From Candidatus Norongarragalinales archaeon (GTDB taxonomy: Archaea; Micrarchaeota; Micrarchaeia; Norongarragalinales; DASYRB01), in assembly GCA_036004805.1 (NCBI GenBank), contig DASYRB010000022.1, forward strand, positions 1-59,808: 59,808 nt of DNA. Reading direction: 5' to 3'. How positions within the stretch are numbered: the stretch's first letter is position 1; the number at the start of each line of letters is the position of its first letter. Both the position numbers and the translations under genes were made by a program. The notes under the pieces were generated by a model that had not been told where the DNA came from, searched no databases, and worked only from the letters and a program-made list of their open reading frames with translations. Shown here piece by piece: positions 18,140-24,902 of this stretch.

Positions 18140-18517
18140 TCAACTATCTGTTTTAATCCTTTCTTTTATCCATCGCGCGATCTTGTTTAACGATACGTTA
18201 CCTTTTGCCACTTCCAAAATGAACTCTGGAATTTCTAACGGGCTCTTTGTGTGTAATGATTTTACATTTATTCCCAAGAACGCGATCAGTACCGCCATTG
18301 CGGTTCTTTTGTTACCATCGCCAAAAACGTGACCCTTGTTTGCGATCGTGTCAACTAGAAAAGCGGCTTTCAAGATGACTGCTTCATCAAATGGCTTGTC
18401 GTTATACCTGTACTGAACAGTCGACACAAGATAATCAAGCGTAGCTGGATGGACTACTGCGTGAGGCTGGCCTTCAAGCTTAACCAGCGATTGATTGACC
18501 TCAACAATTTCTTCCAA
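18140..18517 (-). CDS. doc: Doc (death-on-curing) / Fic-family toxin
   Basis: HVFGDGNKRTAMAV Fic/Doc motif. TTG start; the in-frame upstream codons IRYLR also resemble Doc N-termini but offer no ATG, GTG or TTG. Confidence 0.8.
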   Translation of the reverse strand: MEEIVEVNQSLVKLEGQPHAVVHPATLDYLVSTVQYRYNDKPFDEAVILKAAFLVDTIANKGHVFGDGNKRTAMAVLIAFLGINVKSLHTKSPLEIPEFILEVAKGNVSLNKIARWIKERIKTDS

Positions 18518-18591
18518 TCTTAGATAACGTATTTCTCTTTCACTGCTTATCCCTGACTACTTCCTTGGGGGTTGTAGGTGCGGAATTTTTT

Positions 18592-19092
18592 CTACCAGTC
18601 GTAAAGGCTCGCAATGCCTTTCGATAACGCGATTTGGAGGACTTGCATTTCTTCCTCGCTGACCGTGACGCTTACGCTTTTGACGCTCTTGTCCTGCGCC
18701 TGAGTTGAGATGCGGAAGCCGTAGCCGTACTGGCTCTTGCTCGCTTCGAGAGTGGTGTTCGCAACTTCGCTAGCGATCGCGTAGCCTCCTTTCGAGGGCG
18801 CGTGGAATAGTTTGACTTGAGGAATCTTGCCGTTCGCGAGCGCGATGATTTTGCCCATTTCGAACTCGCTGACCTTGAGAGTGATCTTTTCGCTCCAGTC
18901 GAATGAGCGCTCCGTGCCCGCTTTTTGTTTGGCGAACTCGAAGAAAGCGCTTTCCTTGGCTTTGTTGAAGTCGACCTGCATCGCGGCACCCGTTCCTTGG
19001 GCGTTGGCGCGGTAGATCGCGAAGCGTTTCTTGAATTCTTTGGGAGCTGAGTCGGTCGTCGCGGGTTGTATGGGTAATTGCGTAATTGACAT
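18592..19092 (-). CDS. Whirly-like ssDNA/RNA-binding fold protein (hypothetical)
   Basis: FDWSEKITLKVSEFEMGKIIAL..KLFHAP and the C-terminal VSEEEMQVLQIALSKGIASLYDW parallel plant Whirly YDWSRKQVFSLSVTEIGSIISL..EFFHDP and ..LLGW. Confidence 0.45.
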   Translation of the reverse strand: MSITQLPIQPATTDSAPKEFKKRFAIYRANAQGTGAAMQVDFNKAKESAFFEFAKQKAGTERSFDWSEKITLKVSEFEMGKIIALANGKIPQVKLFHAPSKGGYAIASEVANTTLEASKSQYGYGFRISTQAQDKSVKSVSVTVSEEEMQVLQIALSKGIASLYDW

Positions 19093-19198
19093 AGTGGAAA
19101 GGACTTTTTGGCGGCTTTTAAGCTTGAGCGACCCCGTTCGCCGGTGTGGTGCTGACGAGCGTTTTTATAGCGGAAGTCTTTTGAATTGTTTTGTAAAA

Positions 19199-19456
19199 AT
19201 GGCTCGCAGTGAAATGCCCTCTTGGGTTCCTTTGCTCATCGCGCTCTTGCTCGGCATCGCGATGGGTTACGCTGTCGCTTTGTACACCGTGCCCTCAGTT
19301 GCCGGTGGCGACTTTTTGTCAAGAGGCATAGCGAAACAGCCGAGCGCGCAAACCGAAGCGACGAAGATCTGCGACTGCGGTGGAACACAATACGCTTGCT
19401 CTTCATCCGTATCTTGCACTTCTTGCTGCGAAGGTGGTACCGGCGCTCCACTCTAA
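19199..19456 (+). CDS. small membrane-anchored 6-Cys protein (85 aa)
   Basis: N-terminal TM WVPLLIALLLGIAMGYAVALY. C-terminal CDCGGTQYACSSSVSCTSCC. TATA-like TTTTTATAG about 30 nt upstream. Confidence 0.5.
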   Translation: MARSEMPSWVPLLIALLLGIAMGYAVALYTVPSVAGGDFLSRGIAKQPSAQTEATKICDCGGTQYACSSSVSCTSCCEGGTGAPL

Positions 19457-19462
19457 TAAAGT

Positions 19463-20632
19463 TTAGGAGTTTCCGGAAAGTTCTATCGTTCTCTCAAGCA
19501 CCTGCTGAAAGTGCAGCGTGTTTGTCGCGAAAGCGGCTGCTGGAGGGTGTCCGCCTCCTGAAAGGATTGCATGCGGGAATTCTTTTTTGAGTTTGGCGAT
19601 TATTCTGCTCGCGTCAAAGCCCAGTTTGAGCGCTTTTTCGGTCGCGCGGAAGGACGCGCGTCCATCGTTGCCGTAACCGATGGCCACTGCCGGCGCGCCT
19701 TCGCTTTGCGAGAGGTAGAACGCGGTGAGGAAGTGTCCGCGCGGGGGCCACTTCTTCTTGATCAGCACCTTGTCGAGATTCAACACGTGCAGTTCCACGC
19801 CATTAGGCAGTTGTTGTACTTTGTCGAACGGTTTGGCTTTTTCGACCGCGCGCTTGAGGCCGATAGTAGCCGTGTCATGCAAGCGTTTGATTTTGGCTTC
19901 GTCCTTGAAGTCTTTCCAATAATACTCGAGCGGAGTGTCGTCGTTCGTTGAGAAAGTCAGGAAGTCGAGTGCGAGCCAGCCCGGCGCGTCATGACCCATC
20001 AACGCTTTCAGTATTTCTTTTTCGGGAGGCTTTTTGCCGCCGTAAGCGAACCGCGAAACGTCAGCGTAGAGTGACGTTTTCAGTAATCGTTCGTCGTCTT
20101 TGTCGGGTTTTTTGAACTCTTCCAAAAACAAGAACGTCAAAAGCCCGGTCGTGTAGTGTGAAGCGCCGGCGTCTTGCACGAACTCGAATGGATCAACAAG
20201 CGCGTCACAAGCGCCAGCAACGAGCTTTGCGTCGCAGGGGTGGTGGTCGAACACTATGATTTGGATGCCGCTTTCTCGCGCCTCGTTCATTCCCTGCAAG
20301 CTCTCACTGTTTCCCGCAAAATCCGTACAAATCACGACCGTCTTTCTTCCAAGATCGTGGGCCAATGCCGCGTCCTTGATTGCTAGTTCATGACTGTACG
20401 TGGAGGTGTTGGCCTGTAGGCCGCGTACGAGCTTGAGTTTTTGTGGAATTTTCTCGTGCTCGACAAAGTGTTGCAGCGCGCGTTGGACCAGCATGCCGGA
20501 AGACGCGCCGTCGGCGTCGTTATTGAAACGAACCACGCAAGGCGTGCCTTTCCGCAATGCGTCCTTGGTCAGTTCGGCGGCTTGCTTGGCTTTTTTGCGC
20601 AACTGACGGACGGTATCGTCGCTGGGAATCAT
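19463..20632 (-). CDS. DHH/DHHA1-family phosphoesterase (RecJ/NrnA-like)
   Basis: NNDADGASSG, VFDHHP (DHH motif) and GGGHPPAAAF (DHHA1 GGGH motif). Confidence 0.75.
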   Translation of the reverse strand: MIPSDDTVRQLRKKAKQAAELTKDALRKGTPCVVRFNNDADGASSGMLVQRALQHFVEHEKIPQKLKLVRGLQANTSTYSHELAIKDAALAHDLGRKTVVICTDFAGNSESLQGMNEARESGIQIIVFDHHPCDAKLVAGACDALVDPFEFVQDAGASHYTTGLLTFLFLEEFKKPDKDDERLLKTSLYADVSRFAYGGKKPPEKEILKALMGHDAPGWLALDFLTFSTNDDTPLEYYWKDFKDEAKIKRLHDTATIGLKRAVEKAKPFDKVQQLPNGVELHVLNLDKVLIKKKWPPRGHFLTAFYLSQSEGAPAVAIGYGNDGRASFRATEKALKLGFDASRIIAKLKKEFPHAILSGGGHPPAAAFATNTLHFQQVLERTIELSGNS

Positions 20633-20671
20633 GGAAGAATTATAAGAGAGCCCCGCGCTCCTTTTAACGAC

Positions 20672-21121
20672 ATGGAAGACGCCGAAGAAATCACCGAGTA
20701 CACGCCCGAGCCCGAGAAAGAACTAGAACTCACGCCCGAACAAAGAGCCGCGGTAGAGAAAATCACTAACGCGCTCGTACACATGGGCTCGCAATCACTC
20801 ACGCCGACGTTCAAGCCGCCAGCGGATCTTGAGGAAAAGCATCGCGACGCGCACGGAAGATTGTCTTTCAGCGCGAGCGAAAACACGAGCGTTTACAGCG
20901 TCAAACTGCCGAACGACTTCTTTCCGGAAAACACGCCAATCGCGCACACCCGCGCGCAACTAGGACTGTTTTTTGCGAGCAAGTACGGAATCGACGAAAC
21001 GCTAGTTTTCCAGCAATCTAGTTTGCCGTACATGGAAAAGATCGATGGTGAAAAGTTTCTCGCGTTCCACGTCAGCAAAGAAGTACACGCAAAACTAGTC
21101 GACTCGCTGAACAAAAAATAG
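20672..21121 (+). CDS. hypothetical acidic protein
   Basis: ATG 20672 lies within the longer track ORF 20441-21121. No recognisable motif. Confidence 0.4.
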   Translation: MEDAEEITEYTPEPEKELELTPEQRAAVEKITNALVHMGSQSLTPTFKPPADLEEKHRDAHGRLSFSASENTSVYSVKLPNDFFPENTPIAHTRAQLGLFFASKYGIDETLVFQQSSLPYMEKIDGEKFLAFHVSKEVHAKLVDSLNKK

Positions 21122-21153
21122 GTTTTTAAGGACTCTGGGTTTTTGATTTGCCA

Positions 21154-21435
21154 ATGGAGCTTCATCTTAAAGCGAGCCGAAACGCGATGATAGTGTTCGC
21201 GATTTTGCTTATTGTATTCTCTGTCGGTTTCTACCTGCAAGGACAGCTGGATGGGTCGCACCAAACTCGCGGAGTCCTGACTGCGCAAAGCTTGTCCACG
21301 TCTGATGTATTGGCTAGAGGCGGGTCTAAACCATGTGGCACTTGTGGTGACACTTGCCTTTTTGGTTACGGTAACTATTGTGGCCAGGGCGGCTCTTGCG
21401 TAAGTTGCGGCGGCTTGTTCGGCGGCGGCGCTTAG
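21154..21435 (+). CDS. small membrane-anchored 6-Cys protein (93 aa), same architecture as 19199-19456
   Basis: TM AMIVFAILLIVFSVGFY. C-terminal CGTCGDTCLFGYGNYCGQGGSCVSCGG. Confidence 0.5.
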   Translation: MELHLKASRNAMIVFAILLIVFSVGFYLQGQLDGSHQTRGVLTAQSLSTSDVLARGGSKPCGTCGDTCLFGYGNYCGQGGSCVSCGGLFGGGA

Positions 21436-21453
21436 TAAAAAACTCGTTTTTTT

Positions 21454-22368
21454 CTATATCGCGACTTTCAAGTTCAGCGCTTTCTTGAGCTCTCTGTAAC
21501 GATTGCGAATCGTAACTTCAGTAACGCCCGCGATGTCTGCGACTTCTTTCTGCGTTCTGCGCTCGCCAGTCATGACTGATGCTATGTAGACCGCGGCCGC
21601 GGCGACTCCCATCGGTCCTCTTCCAGAGATGAGTCCTTTTTGGAGGGCTTGATCGAGAATCTCGACTGCCTTGGCTTGCGTGTCTCCACTCAGCTTGAGC
21701 GAGGTGATGAAGCGCGCGATGTAGAAGCGAGGATTGGTGAGCGGCACTTTGAGCTCGAGTTCTTGCGTGATGAGTCTGTAAGTGCGTCCGATTTCTTTCT
21801 TCGGAATTTCGCTGACTGCAGCGATTTCGTCGAGAGTGCGCGGAATTCCGTACTGTCTGCAGATCGCGTAGAGGACGGCGCTGACTACGCTTTCGATCTG
21901 TCTTCCGCGAATCAATCCGCGTTCGGCACACTTTCTGTAGAGGAGTGCTGCGCTTTCGCGAATGCTGTCCTGCAAGCCAAGGTGTGAAGCGACGCGGTTG
22001 AGTTCAGTAAGTGCAATGGCAAGGTTTCTTTCAAGCGAGTTTGAAATAGAGGCGCGTTTGTGCCACTTGCGCATCCTGTAAAGCTGTGCTTGCTGCGAAG
22101 GAGCGATTTTTCCGCCGCGAGTGTCGCGGTTGTACTGGTCAATTTCCGTAACGAGTCCTTTGTTCGGAGACATGTACTTGAGGGGCGCTCCCGTGCGTGC
22201 TCTGCTGGCGCGTTGTTCTGCGTCGAAAGCTCTCCATTCTGGACCTTCTTGAACGAGCGATTCTTCGACGACGAGTCCGCACTTGCCGCAGACGATTTCT
22301 CCACGTTCCGGGTCTTTGCGCAGCTCTTTGCTTCCGCACTCCGGACACTTGATCGCGTTAGTCTGCAT
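21454..22368 (-). CDS. tfb: transcription initiation factor TFB (TFIIB)
   Basis: CPECGSKELRKDPERGEIVCGKCGLVV zinc ribbon, two cyclin folds, 304 aa. Confidence 0.9.
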   Translation of the reverse strand: MQTNAIKCPECGSKELRKDPERGEIVCGKCGLVVEESLVQEGPEWRAFDAEQRASRARTGAPLKYMSPNKGLVTEIDQYNRDTRGGKIAPSQQAQLYRMRKWHKRASISNSLERNLAIALTELNRVASHLGLQDSIRESAALLYRKCAERGLIRGRQIESVVSAVLYAICRQYGIPRTLDEIAAVSEIPKKEIGRTYRLITQELELKVPLTNPRFYIARFITSLKLSGDTQAKAVEILDQALQKGLISGRGPMGVAAAAVYIASVMTGERRTQKEVADIAGVTEVTIRNRYRELKKALNLKVAI

Positions 22369-22377
22369 TTTTGAGAA

Positions 22378-22620
22378 TCACTTTTTGTTCGCGGTGGGAG
22401 CTGTCTCGAGCCATTTTCCTACAAACTCGCCCTCGATTCCCTGCGCCGGCAGCGCGAGAAAGAAAGGCGAATCCACACGACCGATAGTATCGAAAGCGAA
22501 CGCGGAAAGCTTGCCGTTCTTGTCGTAAAGCTTCACGCGCCTGTCCACAACCACTCCGTCTTCATCCGCACGCAAGAGAAAGTTGCCGCGAGCTGTCCGC
22601 TTAACGACCAGTAATTTCAT
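22378..22620 (-). CDS. gar1: H/ACA RNP protein Gar1
   Basis: MKLLVVKRTARGNFLLRADEDG..FDTIGRVDSPFFLALP. The position directly downstream of tfb is a common archaeal linkage. Start moved to ATG 22620. Confidence 0.7.
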   Translation of the reverse strand: MKLLVVKRTARGNFLLRADEDGVVVDRRVKLYDKNGKLSAFAFDTIGRVDSPFFLALPAQGIEGEFVGKWLETAPTANKK

Positions 22621-22755
22621 GAGTTTCACGACGCAAAAATGGGAAAAAGCCTTCCACAAGCTTTATAAAATAATGCCCGAGGTTGTATAAAAACCTATAG
22701 GAGAATCAGTAATTTGACTTGGTCTTTTCGTATAGTTCGTAGCCAAGTGCGTTGA

Positions 22756-23163
22756 TTAGTTTTTTCTTCCAATTGTCAAACCTTTCAAGAGGTCTCGTTT
22801 TGATTTATGTTTTTCTGATTTTTCTTTTGAACTGTCTGATACTTCAACATCCCAAAAGTCTTTGGCATAACGTAGGAGTACTAGTCCGATTAGTGCAAGA
22901 TAGACCGGGTTGTAAATATTTCCGGATATCAGGTTGGCTAGTTCGGGAAAGTTCAAAGAAGCAAGTACGTAGAAGTAGAAAAGTGAAACCGGCACAAGAA
23001 TACCGACGAAGAAAGTTGTAATCATGTCTCCAATTGGGAATGATTTTTTCCCATGACTCCTCATAATCCAGATTAAAGCGACAAAAACTAGACCAAAAAT
23101 TGCTGAGATAAAATCCAGAGAAATCATTGGATTACTCTCACTATTGGTTTGAAAAAAATCCAT
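22756..23163 (-). CDS. hypothetical integral membrane protein
   Basis: Three or four hydrophobic helices. No motif. Confidence 0.45.
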   Translation of the reverse strand: MDFFQTNSESNPMISLDFISAIFGLVFVALIWIMRSHGKKSFPIGDMITTFFVGILVPVSLFYFYVLASLNFPELANLISGNIYNPVYLALIGLVLLRYAKDFWDVEVSDSSKEKSEKHKSKRDLLKGLTIGRKN

Positions 23164-23288
23164 CCAATTATTCCGCCGAAAAGCGCGAAGAAACCTACGC
23201 TCTGTGGATTGAATTGAGTTCCAATCACTGCGCCTAGTATAGCTCCGAACATTATCCCCGCAATATCGTAGTCAATACTTCGTGCCAT
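23124..23288 (-). CDS. 54-aa glycine-zipper membrane peptide (below the track cutoff)
   Basis: My translation is MARSIDYDIAGIMFGAILGAVIGTQFNPQSVGFFALFGGIIGWIFFKPIVRVIQ. It overlaps the start of the next membrane ORF. Confidence 0.3.
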   Translation of the reverse strand: MARSIDYDIAGIMFGAILGAVIGTQFNPQSVGFFALFGGIIGWIFFKPIVRVIQ

Positions 23289-23292
23289 TGGC

Positions 23293-23697
23293 TTAGCCTT
23301 TTTGCAATAGGATGGCGTTGACGGTTCCGTCCTGCGCCGGTCTTGAGGTGACGCGTGCTTTGCCGGCTTCCGTTTCGATGATTGCGCCTTTGGTGATTAT
23401 GTTTTCTCTTGGGTAGAGGCGGTTGGCTGGGTTTTCCGTGACGTTGGTGATCTTGACGCGTTTGACCTTGCCGCCTGACATTGCCAAGTTTACGAATAGT
23501 ATGATTTTGCTTTTGATTTTCATTCCGCCGCCCTTCGAGCGTTTGGTTTCGTGCTTCTCTTCCTTCGCCTTTACATCGAATGTGGGTCGGGCGAAGAAGC
23601 CGCCGAAGTGTGCTTTGCGCTTGTCGCTGCTCGCGGTGTGTTTGCCGCCGCTGCCTGAGCGCTTGGTCTTGGTTGCGGGCTTGTGATACTGAACCAT
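23293..23697 (-). CDS. rps8e: ribosomal protein S8e
   Basis: KRSGSGGKH..RVKITNVTENPANRLYPRENIITKGAIIETEAGKARVTSRPAQDG. Confidence 0.85.
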   Translation of the reverse strand: MVQYHKPATKTKRSGSGGKHTASSDKRKAHFGGFFARPTFDVKAKEEKHETKRSKGGGMKIKSKIILFVNLAMSGGKVKRVKITNVTENPANRLYPRENIITKGAIIETEAGKARVTSRPAQDGTVNAILLQKG

Positions 23698-23730
23698 AAA
23701 AACTCTGTTCCTCTAGATTTTGTTCGAAAG

Positions 23731-24189
23731 ATGAATGTTTATTTTGTCGAGACGGAGCGCAACGTCACTGAAGTGGTTGCGGTTCTCAAAAAGCAACGCG
23801 TCGAGCCCTTCATCGTCTTGCGACCCGAATTGGCTTGCTTCGACGCTCTCTTAGATTACTCGTTGTTTTTGGCTTATAAGGCTTTTCAGCTCGGAAAACA
23901 ACGCGCACGCGACCTCTCAATACAATGGCTCCTGTATCTGGCAGCGACGCAGCACGTGGACAAAGCGCTGCAATTCACAACCCCGAACGGCAGGGTTTTT
24001 GCGATCGCGAGCGACAAGAAAATTGATGCTAAAACGCTGAAACAAATCGGGAAAGAGAAAGCGTTCACGTGTCCCGCGCATGCGAAAAAGGAAATCGCGA
24101 AGCATTACGGCGTGACGGGTAAAGCGTTGGAGCGTTATGCGCCTGAAGAACTGATTCGCGAAAAAATAGCGATCGCGTCGATGGCTTAG
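23731..24189 (+). CDS. cgi121: KEOPS subunit Cgi121-like protein
   Basis: About 150 aa. The pattern LDYSLFLAYKAFQLGKQRARDLSIQWLLYLAATQHVDKAL matches Cgi121. Confidence 0.5.
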   Translation: MNVYFVETERNVTEVVAVLKKQRVEPFIVLRPELACFDALLDYSLFLAYKAFQLGKQRARDLSIQWLLYLAATQHVDKALQFTTPNGRVFAIASDKKIDAKTLKQIGKEKAFTCPAHAKKEIAKHYGVTGKALERYAPEELIREKIAIASMA

Positions 24190-24902
24190 AGATAGTCGCC
24201 CAGGTCGATCTGCGTCGTCTTCAAACGCTTTATCGTTTCCCACCGGTGCCGCAGGTATTTTTGCAGGCCTGGGTCTTTGTGGTGTTCCTTGAGGAACTTG
24301 ATGGTGCGCTCGTCGTGACTGTAGCCCGTGCCGAAGTCGTAATGCACCTCGCGCTTGATTTCTTCGATGCGCGTATCGCGAGTAACCTTGGCTAGAATTG
24401 AGGCGGCGCCGACGCTGAGGTATTTCACGTCCGCCTTGTTTTCGCACGTGTAATCCTGGTGGTGGTCATAGTATTTGCGCAGGCGTCTCTCGAACTTTCC
24501 GGGAACCGCGTCGGGAGAGTCGATATAGACTTTCTTGAAGTGGCGCGCGCCGCACAAGCGCGTTAGGGCTTCGGCCATCATTTGCGCCTCGAGCTCGTTC
24601 AGTGAAACGCGTTTTTCCATTGCCGTGGTTATTTCGGCCGCGCTGCGTTCGACGATCACGTGTTCTTCTTTGACGAGTATTTTGTAGAGTTTTTCCCTCG
24701 TGGCTTCGGGCAGTAGTTTGCTGTCTTTCACGCCCATTTTCTTGAGTTCTGGCTCGCGTGACTCTTCGATCGCAAAAGCTGCAGCTACGAGCGGACCGAT
24801 GACGGGGCCTCTTGGCAACCAAGAAACAATTGCTTCTCAGTTTCTGCCAGCCTCGTCAACGCCCGCGATGAGGGTTGAAGAGTCAGTATCTCGCCTTTCC
24901 AA
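24186..24902 (-). CDS. rnhB: ribonuclease HII, interrupted by a 33-nt element (exon 1 24844-24902, exon 2 24186-24810)
   Basis: The downstream ORF starts at RGPVIGPLV and contains DSKLL and SVGAASILAKVTRD. Eleven codons upstream, in the same frame, the sequence reads LIAGVDEAGR-N-TGA. Removing 24811-24843 gives GVDEAGRGPVIGPLV. The TTG 24902 start is tentative; TTG 24917 is also possible. Confidence 0.75.

Noticed and set aside
24837-24839. UGA recoding or read-through (an alternative genetic code) as the explanation for the in-frame stop in rnhB.
   Set aside because: - TGA clearly terminates well-conserved genes in this window, for example valS at 11125 and the MBL gene at 8715.
- Read-through would also insert 11 residues into the invariant DEAGRG motif.
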